A stretch of 42,892 nucleotides of DNA from Asterionella formosa. Its lineage: Eukaryota. Position numbers and translations under genes: made by a program. The number at the start of each line of letters is the position of its first letter. Position 1 is the stretch's first letter. This document shows, piece by piece, positions 11,730-22,809 of this stretch. The stretch covers positions 1 to 42,892 of the forward strand of contig NKIB01014504.1 in assembly GCA_002256025.1 (NCBI GenBank), written 5' to 3'. The notes beneath the pieces are model-generated. The model worked only from the letters and a program-made list of their open reading frames with translations, had not been told where the DNA came from and made no database searches.

Positions 11730-13121
11730 TTAAGCAGCTGACTTGAGTTTGCCTTGTTCACATTCTGCAAGAACAGCATCTAAAGCACTTTCCATAGTTT
11801 CCACCGTCCCAGATATATCCCCCAACTTGTCCAATCCGAAGAGTCCCATACGGAATGTGAGTAGACCATCTGGCTCATCAATTCTCCACGGGACACCCAT
11901 GGCAATTTGAAGTCCTTGCGCCTTGAACTTGGCCATCATCATGGGATTTTCCTGACCGACGGGCGAATAGTACACAAGGACACCAGGTGCTTGAAATCCA
12001 GGTGCAGCCACAGATGTAAGTCCTCTCGAGTCCAGGGATCCTCTTGCCGCCAAACCCAAATCCAACTGAGCTTGCTTGAGTTCTGGAAGACCAAATTTCA
12101 AGGTCTCGACAGAGATTTCATGAAAGTCCCTAAGCGCGTCTGTTGGCATGGTGGTGTGATATCCAAAGCCTCCCTTTTCGTACGTGTCCATAATGGCAGA
12201 CCATCTCTTGAGCGACATGCTAAAGGATGTTTCCTTGGTGGTAGTCATTTTTTCCACGGCAGCAGGTGACATCATAACGAGGGCGGCAGCGGCAGACCCA
12301 GTCCATCCCTTTTGAGGAGCAGAAATGACAACGTCGAGCCCAAGCTCCTTCATGTCGACCCATACAGTTCCCGAGGCGATGCAGTCAAGAACAAATAGAC
12401 CGCCAACTTCGTGCATGGCAGCAGCAGCTTGTTTAATGTAATCATCAGGAAGCATCATTCCAGTGGACGTTTCGACGTGAGGTGCGAACAAGACGGCAGG
12501 TCGTTCTTGATGAATCTTTTGGATAAGATCAGCAATGGGATAAGGTGCGTATTGCATGTGATTAGATCCTTCCGTTGGTTGTGGCAGAGCCTTGAGGACC
12601 GTGTGTGACGAAGGGATCGAGTTTTCCTTCCCCATGTCAAAGATTTCGGTCCATCGGAAGGAAAACCAACCGTTGCGAATGACCATGACATGTTCGTTAG
12701 TAGCGAACTGGCGAGCCACGGCTTCCATTCCATAGGTTCCAGATCTGGAGGGATACGATATTAGAGAATTGTTAGTGAGGAAGCTTACTATAGATATTCG
12801 ACGTGAGCATTCACAAAGGGAAAAAGAGCTTCGGACAGCTCAGTGCACGTACCCCGGAATGATGGCCACCTTCTCCGCTTGGTAGGTTTCCTTGAGCAAT
12901 TCATTGAGATCTCGCATGACTTGTTGAAAGGGACTGCTCATGAGGTTCAGCGAGCGATTCGTGAAAATGACAGAATACTCTTTGAACTCGCCGAGATCTT
13001 GCTTCGGCACGACGCCGTAGTTCAGGTTTGCACCCTGCTTGGCTGTAGTGCTGAAAGCTCTGGCGGCTCGGCTAGGAGCTCGGCGGACCAGCGACCTAGC
13101 TGCTGATCGCATCATCATCAT
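11730..13121 (-). CDS. Class V PLP aminotransferase, serine-pyruvate/alanine-glyoxylate type, with mitochondrial-type presequence
   Basis: Exons 13121-12853 and 12744-11730, intron 12852-12745 (GT..AG). Splicing yields IIPG|SGTYGMEAVARQF. Class V motifs HVETSTG, VLDCIAS and SAPQKGW (PLP lysine), plus FRMGLFG. N-terminus MMMMRSAARSLVRRAPSRAARAFSTT. Confidence 0.92.
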
Positions 13122-13708
13122 GGTCAAAGGATTAAATAACGACAATTGCACTTTTTGTTCTTCAACGAGATATTTTATGTGTTTTTTGATGACGACGGCA
13201 TATCACACTCATCTGCGATAAGATCGAACACGTACAATCATTCACACTTCTTGCTGTGCGGGGATGCATTCTATAATAGGCAGTGCGGAATAAAAATCCT
13301 ATTCTATATGTATAATTTCCAGCAGTTGACTATAAGTGCTTCTTTGTTTCAAATCCATTAGAATAGGCATATGTATTTTCAATATATTAGATCCAGCAGT
13401 GATCACCTACCGTATGAAACACATTCTATACTGCTTTCGAGATTTGTAATCTTATTGAGTTTCGACGAGTAGAGAATATTTCCATTCCTGTTATTTTAAA
13501 CAGCAGGAGCACACCAGATCATCGCAGTTATCATTAGCCCACGGCAGCGCTCTGGATACACTTAAACAAATTGACGGTATTAACACGTCACTCCTTGAGG
13601 AATCCCATGCATCATTACTTCGGTCGTCTGCTTTTCTGAGCGATGGTTGAGCGATTGTGGCTCCGTGCTGACATCATTAGCCCACGTCAGCGTGATGTCC
13701 ACCTTCGC

Positions 13709-13943
13709 CTGGTACCAGGTACCTGGTACCCTGGTACTCCTGCCTGGTGCCATGACCATCGGAACACTGTCACACACCACAAGCACCACAACGGCCTGTA
13801 TATCGGTACCTGTACCTGGTACTCCGTACTCCGCACTCCGTACCTCGTGCTGTAGTGTTACAATATGCATGTCGTGGTACCTGTTACCTGGTACCGTGGT
13901 CCGAGGTCGAGTGGACTATGTACGCTACCAGGTACCAGGTACT
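13709..13943. repeat. Cluster of CCTGGTA/TACCAGG heptamers and GGTACC palindromes
   Basis: CCTGGTACCAGGTACCTGGTACCCTGGTAC at ~13709, GTACCTGTACCTGGTAC at ~13807, TACCAGGTACCAGGTAC at ~13927. Confidence 0.75.
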
Positions 13944-14405
13944 ACATTATCATCTAGGGAGTCTAAAAAACAAAACCTTCTGTATGGCATTAGTGTTATA
14001 ACCGGGTAGGCACAGTGGCTATGCACGATGATTGTTGCTTGACGATTTCACTCATGATGAATCATTGACTACCTATGAGTTACTATACGTTGTTCATCTC
14101 GAAACCTGCTTGCGTGCACATTATGGGGTAAAATCGAAGAAAGGCTTTAGCTACCTGCAATGGTAGACAATGTATAAATTTGCTTCTTGTGTTTGAACAG
14201 TAGCGCATTACTACTGCAGCTTTGTACTCTATTGGTGACAAGAAAACCGGTATGAGGACCTTGGGACTAAAAAGGTATGAGTAACATAGAGAGGATTTTT
14301 TCCGAATTTTCATTCTTATCGTCATGCAGCACTACTATGACATCTATATATATCCTATGATTTACCAATCCAGGGATGAATATTTGTCTCACTCTGTATA
14401 CATTA

Positions 14406-16402
14406 TTACCAGCGCTTAAACAAACAGCAAGGGCATGGACTTGTTGACACACCACTATCCAATAGTATTTGCAGTTCAAGGTTGCTGGTGCAAAGATGAA
14501 TAGTACCAATGGAACCGTTCAAGGAATTCGAGCGAACATCTACGAGGGTCAAGTTGGTGGGATCTTCTAATTCTGTTGACAATGTTCCCGTCAACTTGTT
14601 ATGCGAAAGATGTAATTTGATAATATTCACGATCTTTCCGACAGTTGAGGGAATTGAGACATTCAATTGATTTCGAGAAAAGTCCAGTATTTCTGCATCA
14701 CCATCGAGTCAGCATGAAGTAGGAAGGTTTAGGCATAACAGGTAAGTAGATGGCACAAAATCAGAAGGTTAGGGACTGAATCAACTTACCCAGGTTTGTC
14801 AAGTTCCCCAAACTGAAGGAGCTTGGGTTTTGGACCTGTGATTTCATTACTCTCCAGGTGCAGGTATCGGAGATCAGTAAGATTGAGAGTTTTCAGGAAG
14901 ACTACTATTGAGACGGTTTTGGGAAAAATCTAGGGAGGTGAGCTTTGTCAAATTGCCAACATCCGGAGGTATTGAGGATGAAAATTTGCAATTTGGGAGG
15001 TTCGAAATGACAAGATCTGACAATCTGCCAAGATGTGAAAGAAGACTCCCCGTCAAATGTGTTGCTGTAATGTTTAGCATTCCTGTATACAGTAGGGAAA
15101 GTGTAAGCGAAGAGTGCTGGTGAAGATGTGTACGAGAGTTTTCAAGCTTTCTCCTTGATTATTCCCAAGCAGTTCGAAATTCACTAGTACTCACGTAGCT
15201 TGGTAAGATTCCAGAGTTCGGTCGGTAAGGTAGGACTACCTCCCAAACTGTCTTCAGTGGTCAAAGATAGATCTAGAGAAATAGCAATCTCTGTCAAATT
15301 AGTCAACATACCAATTCGAGATGGGATGGTGCTGTTAAAGGTCGTCGGAAAATGATGGTGTGAATAGGCAAGAGTGGGAGTCTAATACCCAAAATAAATA
15401 AAATAATAAAAGCTAGTAGGTTCCTTGGCAGTCGCTCACCTAGGGTTGTCAGCAATCCGAATTTCTTCCGGGAAGGATCCTTTCAAAAGCGATTGCAAAA
15501 TCGTCGATCCATTTACACTACTGTGCATTGCAAGACTAATGATTTTTGAATGATTGTCGCAAGCAATATATTTCCAGTGACATTCATTATTGTTGTCCTC
15601 TTCATCTCGATTCAACCATTTGTATCTTCCAATTCAAATGAAGTATGTAAAGAACAAACATTTTAAGTGCGTTAATGTTTTCGTCTATGCCAATGTCGCT
15701 ATCGGTGGCTAATTCCAACAACGCAATGTTTGAAGCATTGCAGGACCAAATGTTGTGAAACTGGAATTTGGTATCGTTCTTGAACCATTGATTGACTCTC
15801 GCTAGGTTCTTTTTTTGGTACAGGTCGTCGGTGTTGGAGGAGCGTAACGTAGCAGAGTCACCACAAACGCACTAAACGGGGGAATCAGGTTCTTGCAGAC
15901 CTGTAAAGATACAGACACTCTGAGCCGCAGGAGGGGTAGTGCTGTCTCAGTGTGGTCTCCTGACGAAGGCGCCGACACCAAATCCAATGGCGAAAACCGC
16001 AACAAGCAAGACTACAATCAATGCAATATGAACGCCTCGGACCCCTCCGGTTTTGATGCATCTAGTCTGATACCTCGACTGGGGGATGCTGGTGGTAATG
16101 TTATAGTTATTTTGACCCTCAATGATTGTCCTGTTATTACTCTCTTCAATGACTGCGTCTGCAATAAAAACATGACTTTCGACCAGAGTAGCTGATAGCG
16201 GTCTAGTGTCATACGCTTCCTCTGGAGTTTGTGGAAGACTACAACGCAATTCTAGAGGTATGGTGGATGTTGATGATGAATCTTGAGTCATGGGTTGTTG
16301 TGCCCTCGGTCGAGACCAAACAGGACGGCTTCCAAAACCCCGCTGATTCACCGGAAATGCTCCAACGCGGCTATCTCTGCTTCCTTTGCTCATGAAGCTC
16401 AT
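14406..16402 (-). pseudogene. Decayed type II membrane-anchored LRR protein gene (same family as 19225-21261)
   Basis: Fragments occur in the expected order across several frames: VGAFPV motif, TM helix (IALIVVLLVAVFAIGFGVGAFV), SCNASNIALLELA, LRRNT-like KWLNR..NECHWKYIAC, LRRs (SIPPDVGNLTKLTSLDFSQNRL; LSHNKLTGTLSTELEDPTNLTLVDVRSNSLNG), terminal CPCC. Multiple frameshifts and stops. The 5' end may extend past 16402. Confidence 0.82.
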
Positions 16403-17412
16403 GATGATTGGAAAACGGGGGGGGGTCTATACTTGTTGATGGAGTTATGTAGTTTTGTTTGTGCTCAGTTAGCTTTGATAAATTGTGTGATAGATCTAAT
16501 CTGTGGTCAAGCGATTCATCGCGGATACGGGCTACTCCACCTGGTAAGAATGGTGGAACTACCAGTGTACATATATATTTACAGATCTTTTGAAAATGCC
16601 GTAAAACTACTGCTTGGGCGATGTTTGATGACGAGGTTGGGTAATGCTTGTGCTATAGCTTGTCGTATCCAAACATGAGAAGACAAGTTTCCAGGACAGT
16701 GACATTATATACATACACATTTTAAAAAGTATACTGGCATATATGAATGCTCAATGAATTCTATGATTTGTCATGAGGAGGGAGTGCACCACGACATGGA
16801 ATACTGCATGGAGAATACAAATGCCTTGCTTACATTGCTTGACTGAGCATCACATCACAATATCTATCAATTTGGATACATGATAAATGTAATCCTACAT
16901 TAATTTGTTCACACCATGCCTGACCTGGTTTGCCAGGCTATTATTACTAAACCGTGGTGTGATTAGACTTTGCTTCATATGTGTTCTTGGTAGATCATAA
17001 TGGTACAGTACATTGCAGGGATATAGATCATCAGCTTACCTTTGTCATCAAAAACTATTGGGCATTTCAACCAGTTCAGCATCAATGGCAGCAATTTCAA
17101 CAATGCTGGGGAGTTTCTGTATATTCCCTCCACCTCAAACAGAGTCCAGTCAAATTCAGTGATGACAGTGTATATATGATTTTTGGGGGCAGTGTTCAGG
17201 TCAATGAATTGTATAATATACGGTACTGTATGATGCATACATATAATGCTGTGGTGTGTTGCCGGCGGGATGATATAAATTTGTTTATTGAAATCTATTT
17301 TATTACGAATAGCGAATATCGCACAAAATATGTAATATATACAATACAGGTACCACCGGTATAACGCAACGATCATGTCAGTGACAATTATTGCCATTTT
17401 CCGATATCGACC

Positions 17413-18191
17413 ATGAAGATTACGCTACAGTCATCCGCTTCGCTGGGGGCCTTGCTTGTTCTAAGTATGCCACTTGCAACAAAGGCTAGCTTCTCTATTA
17501 TTTTACCTAGCGGGGAAGAGGAATGCTTCGCTGTTTTAGCGCCGTACAATCAATCAAGTATCGTTTAGTACGTCAAAACTCTTGATTTTGAGGCATATTC
17601 ATGTATTGCCAGACGTTTAGGTAGCTTGATAGTCGCAGTGCTTTTTGTTGTGTCTAACCAAAGTGTCTGCTCACTATGGTATACAGTGGAGACTTTGATC
17701 TGTTGGATGACGATTTGTCCTCGACTCCCATCTCCGCTCGATTGGAGTCGGACGAACAGATCCTCTGGAGCTCGCACAGCACCGATACGGAGGGAATGTT
17801 TGAAGTAACGACGAAGGTGGGAGGCAAGCACCGGCTATGCTTGGAAAACGGAAAACATTTCAGGGGGGACGGATTAGATCGACACGTGGGGTGGGCCATA
17901 CGTGTCAGAAAGCAAGCCACACGAGCCCTGGAAGAGGGTGTCCTAGGACCAGATCAAGAGCGAGCCTTGGAATTAGTGAGTTGGGCTGAAAGTCTCTCAT
18001 TGGATTGGGAGTCCATGTTGGATCATTATGGGTATTTGAGAGATAGAGAAACAGCACACACCATCATGTCAGATAGTATCATGTCACGAGTGGTACGGTG
18101 GACAATATTGGAGGGACTGACCCTGCTATTGATTGCCTTGGCGCAAGTTATGTACCTGCGCAAATTCTTTGAAAAGCGACGCTATTTGTAG
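17413..18191 (+). CDS. p24/emp24/gp25L GOLD-domain cargo receptor
   Basis: Exon 1 17413-17567 (signal peptide, ..GEEECFAV), intron 17568-17686 (GTACGT..CTAAC..ACAG), exon 2 17687-18191. Second GOLD Cys in GKHRLCLEN, coiled coil, TM helix, tail QVMYLRKFFEKRRYL. Confidence 0.92.
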
Positions 18192-19224
18192 TTCTGAACT
18201 GAAGAGTGGATAATTGATTCACTTTTGTGATCTGGGCATGTTTTGACGAGTTGTATATCTCATGGTTGTGTTATTCATTAAGCTATTCCATTATATGAAG
18301 TTTTTATTAGCTTTGCTTTTGAATGACCCAAGCACCTCCATAAATTATTTGTGAGAATTTGCATTCTAGGAAATATTCTATTGTTCATTCAATGTCTGAA
18401 TCTTGTCAGAGAATCTTGGGTCAGTACATGATGGAGGAAATAGCATCTTTTGGTGGTGATGATACTGAGTGGACCTTTCTGTTTTACAGTTCATGTCAGG
18501 TGCTGTTCATCAATTTTTATGGTGCCATGCATCATACATAGCTAGCATTATTATACGGCTAGCTTGATCCTTATTCATGCAATTCTTGGTTGCTGGATGT
18601 AATCCCTAATGGCTAGCAAGCAATACCACCCCTGCAATGATAAAATTACAAGGCGAAAACTTTGCACCTACAAGAGAATAATCAAGAAAAGATCGAGATT
18701 TCAGCCACTGCAGCACCAAAGCCAAAATATGAAGTAGAATGGAAAATTTTTTCATAGGAATCAAACCCACACATTAAATAGATCCAAAAATAGTTACATT
18801 TTTGCCCTCCTGATTTGGATATATTTAGATATTCTGTTGGGATGCCATACAGTAGCTTAAGGGTAGTTATATTCCATCTATCTCTCCACCATGCATGTAT
18901 GTATGAGCAGACACAATCTTGGGGAGGGAAAGTGGAGAAAGTATCACATTGTTGTGTTGAGTCCCCAACCACCTTTGCAACAGCAGTGGGGGAAGAAACA
19001 CCAACACTGCGAGGAGCATCTAGGAGTGCAGAAATCGAGCAAAAACAACGAGGTTACGTCTCCTTGACGCACTCCTTGCCTTTTTGTTCGAAATATCAAA
19101 ATGACTCTTGCGGTATCACAATGACTCTGTGTGTCAATAAAATGGCAGCCCATGCTGTTATATCGGGTACTCCAATATAATTCTTGTTAGTTTCTTCGCT
19201 TGCCTCTATTGCATTTGAGCCACA

Positions 19225-21261
19225 ATGTCAGAAGATACGGGACAAAGTGGCAAAACGGTTTCAAGCCAGAGCGATGATGATGATGATGATGAGGTTCGCC
19301 GAAACGAAAACCTACAGCAGGAGCTTGAACGTGGCCATGCCAGAAGTGTCCTAGTAGGGACTTCCGAGGGGTTACAAAAGGACAACCCGTCTCAACGTCC
19401 TGGTCATTCAGGTAGTGGCGATACAAGCCACCACCAGTCAAACGGTGTCGATCGAGTGGCACACAGATCACATCAAATGGCGAAACAGGACAACGAAGAT
19501 GCGCGGGCGAGTGGTGGTGGTGGTGCATCTCAGAACATACATGGGCGAAGTGATTCAAAAGCCACTCGAGGAATCCAGCCGGGAGGGCCGCTGCCGGGAG
19601 CCTACAGCGTTTGTCGCAGGGCACGAGGAGAAGTTCCCGCATGGGGTCTTCAAGATAACAGCGGCAATGACAGGACAGTCAACGCACTTACAGCTGATAT
19701 CATTGGCGAAAGTGTCACACTACACGACACGTACCAGCGGAATGAGGAGGCATTCGAACAGTCCGAACTTGAACATTCCACCGTTGATCGCAAGATCCAT
19801 CCGCATCGAAAATACATGCTGCTCCTCTTATGTGTACTCGTAATTGCAGGAATTGCTATTGGTGTGGGAATGGCGGTCAGAGCGAGAGCGGCACCGGCAC
19901 CTGCCGTTGCATCGAATCCTTGTGATTTCACAAAAAACGTACAGCCCGATTTACAAACGCTATGCTCTTGCTATGGAAATATCACAGTGCTTCCTAATGA
20001 TACGCTGGCTCAATACAACATTTTGCGAGATGTTCTCGGTCTCTCAGCCCAACCCGCAGACTTGGGGACATGCAAGCCCGAAAATTTTGCATTGTTTCTT
20101 CTTGGAACACATAATACCACATACAGCAACGAGACTCTGCTGAATAGGTATGTTTTGAATCTGATGTACCTGTCTATGGGAGGTCCAAGCTGGAAAAACA
20201 AAGATGGCTGGCTAATGGCAAGTGATACATGTGTATGCTGTATCTATGGGGTGACATGTGTTCGAGAAAGTGTGGTTAGCATATCCATGCCAAAAAATAA
20301 CATTACTGGCTCCATTCCTTCACAACTGGGTATATTGACTGACTTGACAGACCTTAACCTCTCCAACAATAAGATTTCTGGGGGAATCCCGACTGATTTG
20401 GGCCAGTTAACTGACCTTGTTGACCTTCAACTGAACGACAATACAATTGCTGACAGCATTCCTTCTGAATTGGGTTTGCTTATAAAGTTGCAAACACTTG
20501 ATTTATCAACAAACGAATTGATTGGCTCTTTACCAAGCGAGATTTGGAATTTAACTGATTTGAGATCCTTCTCCATGATTACAAATAAATTGGAAGGGCT
20601 AATCCCCGCTGAGCTGGGCAAACTTACCAAGTTGGAAATGTTTGCTGTTGCCTCTAACAAACTGTATTTTGATGGCATATTCCCGTCTTGGAACATGTCA
20701 ACTCTAACAAATCTGGATGTGTCCAAGACTGGAATAACAGGAATTATACCTGCATCGAAGCTGTCACTCATGACTGGCCTAGTCACCCTGAATCTTGATG
20801 ATAATGCGATCAATGGTACCATACCAACAGAGATAGGGTTGTTGGGGGATCTGAAATTTTTATTTCTCTCCACAAATAAATTGACTGGCACAATCCCCAC
20901 AGAACTGCTCATGACTGGCCTAGTCACCCTGAATCTTGATGATAATGCAATCAGTGGTACCATACCAACAGAGATAGGGGTATTGGCGAATCTGAAATTT
21001 TTATTTCTCTCCGAAAATACATTGACTGGCACTATCCCCACAGAACTGGCTGCATGCACTGATCTTCTAGAGATTAGAATTGGCGGGAATGAAATCTCAG
21101 GAGTGGTGCCTCCTGTTGAAAACTCCACAACTGGCCTTTGCTCCCTACGCGTGAAAGGTCAATTAACAATTTTTGAAGCAGATTGCGGTAACAAAGTGAA
21201 ATGCTTTTTTCCGGACTGTTGTACTGTATGTACAGATACTCCTATCAGGAGACTTAGCTAA
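19225..21261 (+). CDS. Membrane-anchored leucine-rich-repeat protein (disordered N-terminus, single TM helix, plant-type LRRs, Cys-rich C-cap; no kinase domain)
   Basis: Intronless 678-aa ORF. PGAYSV motif, TM MLLLLCVLVIAGIAIGVGMAV, LRRNT (WKNKDGWL..C..YGVTC), about 11 LxxLxLxxNxLxGxIPxE repeats, C-terminal ADC..KC..DCCTVC. Confidence 0.93.
   Translation: MSEDTGQSGKTVSSQSDDDDDDEVRRNENLQQELERGHARSVLVGTSEGLQKDNPSQRPGHSGSGDTSHHQSNGVDRVAHRSHQMAKQDNEDARASGGGGASQNIHGRSDSKATRGIQPGGPLPGAYSVCRRARGEVPAWGLQDNSGNDRTVNALTADIIGESVTLHDTYQRNEEAFEQSELEHSTVDRKIHPHRKYMLLLLCVLVIAGIAIGVGMAVRARAAPAPAVASNPCDFTKNVQPDLQTLCSCYGNITVLPNDTLAQYNILRDVLGLSAQPADLGTCKPENFALFLLGTHNTTYSNETLLNRYVLNLMYLSMGGPSWKNKDGWLMASDTCVCCIYGVTCVRESVVSISMPKNNITGSIPSQLGILTDLTDLNLSNNKISGGIPTDLGQLTDLVDLQLNDNTIADSIPSELGLLIKLQTLDLSTNELIGSLPSEIWNLTDLRSFSMITNKLEGLIPAELGKLTKLEMFAVASNKLYFDGIFPSWNMSTLTNLDVSKTGITGIIPASKLSLMTGLVTLNLDDNAINGTIPTEIGLLGDLKFLFLSTNKLTGTIPTELLMTGLVTLNLDDNAISGTIPTEIGVLANLKFLFLSENTLTGTIPTELAACTDLLEIRIGGNEISGVVPPVENSTTGLCSLRVKGQLTIFEADCGNKVKCFFPDCCTVCTDTPIRRLS
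20767..21048 (+). repeat. 141-bp (47-aa, two-LRR) tandem duplication in the LRR gene
   Basis: CTCATGACTGGCCTAGTCACCCTGAATCTTGATGATAATGC starts at 20767 and again at 20908. The copies are highly similar at DNA level. Confidence 0.92.
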
Positions 21262-21603
21262 ATCTTCCCTGCATAATTGGTGGGGAGCCTTGACTTGTAG
21301 GGAAAGACGAAATCACCTTGGTGTAATATGTGCACATCAGGCCAATATGGAGGCTGCATTGATCTTCAGATGATTTTATTAACTACCAGCAAAGTCAGAT
21401 TTTCTTGTTGGTCTCCAGTAGTTCTCATCACATCTTGATCACTCCTCCAGCTTACTTTACCATTGTAAAATAGGGTCCCAAGGGCATTAGAATTCTTTCC
21501 ACCTGTTGGTCCAAAGAATAATTTATGTTTCACGATTAAGATTTAAAGTACATTTAAACTAACTAAAAATTGCACTTGTGCCTTGGTAGTCACCTTACCG
21601 CTT

Positions 21604-22240
21604 TCACGTCTGTTTCTTCCTAACCCTAGGGTGCTGGCCGTGATTTCTTTGCCATAATGGGGCAAAGCAAAGCCGAGCTCCATCCAAGGTTCCAACAGTA
21701 TGTATATGGTACCACACGTTGACTGCCCAGTCTACTGATTCAATCCACTGACGTTTTTGAGAGATAGAGTGACAACATATGTGTATTTCTATGGGACGAA
21801 GGAAAAAAGATTTATCTTCCTCACGCACTTTCACTTGATCTTGTTTGTATCTTGTTGGAATCTTATCATCAACCTCTTTGGTAATCTTTGCAATTTATTC
21901 CTCCTCTGTCTTTCTGGACAGTTGCTCATTGCGATGTATCCACCTGTCGATTCCAACTTGCCATAGTCCTTTTATTACTTGCGCATTCCCATGTTGCTCA
22001 AGTCAGCACCCATGTCTTTGAAAGGCCTTGATGGCCGCGTTCCAGTTTTTACTGATCCTCCCTCGAAAGGCCTGGTCCCCGCCAGTATCAATTTGATTCA
22101 CAAACGCCGCAATGGTTAGCTATCCCACAACATCCATTTCAGAGGGTATTGGGCCTACTACTACCCACCTCTCTGGTTCAAAATTGAGCCACTGTTGTAG
22201 AGTATACTGGCAAACGCATTAATCAAAGGGACATTGATGA
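21604..22240 (-). mobile_element. Degraded 3' remnant of a non-LTR retrotransposon ORF
   Basis: Minus-strand translation NQIDTGGDQAFRGRISKNW...GLWQVGIDRWIHRNEQL...KRQWIESV matches the Q..IGW....GRIS..W / LW......W..RN..L C-terminal pattern of these elements and the independent remnant at 34.4 kb. Contains in-frame stops. Confidence 0.68.
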
Positions 22241-22809
22241 CAATGTTGATTTGAATGGATCTAATAGAATCCAATGCATGCTTAGTAGTTACATAATTAA
22301 TATAGTTAGTCTGAGACTTCCACAATGCAAGCCATATCATAGATGATAGGAAAACATTGATTCTGCTCTATACTACTATTAGTATTAGTGCCACCTGTAC
22401 TGAACAAATATTGCAGTGCAGTGTGGGCGCGTGGGTGAACGTACCGTGTCATACGGTACAGGGTACCAGTACTAACTAGCCGTTAGAGTGCTTTAGCGAT
22501 AGTACAGCGTGCGAGCTTGGACAGCGAATGCGCTAGAACAGCGTAGGTATATATATCTTTAAGACTATGTTTTCAACCTTTATCTTTCTTTCCTTGTGCA
22601 CCATGTAAGTTGTTCTGCCGACCACACTAGCGTATTTATTCGGTACTTGCTATATGTAGCGGTTTACCTCCATTTTTACTACTATGGTGGAGTGATAATT
22701 TCACGACTCTTTATTGTCCAGCACAACATGTTCGGAGTGATGCTCAATTTATTATTATATATTAATTCATTTTCATTCTTTCCTTTTCATATCCTGACTT
22801 GGTCATCAT

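Noticed and set aside
16975..17397. Overlapping 127-aa and 140-aa ORFs upstream of the p24 gene
   Set aside because: No recognisable motif and AT-rich composition. Could be a decayed fragment but cannot be supported.
22441..22480. Small hairpin GTACCGT-N5-ACGGTAC followed by CTAG as a Helitron 3' end
   Set aside because: The stem is short, CTAG is not followed by T, and there is no Rep/helicase remnant. It fits the GGTAC-rich micro-repeat equally well.
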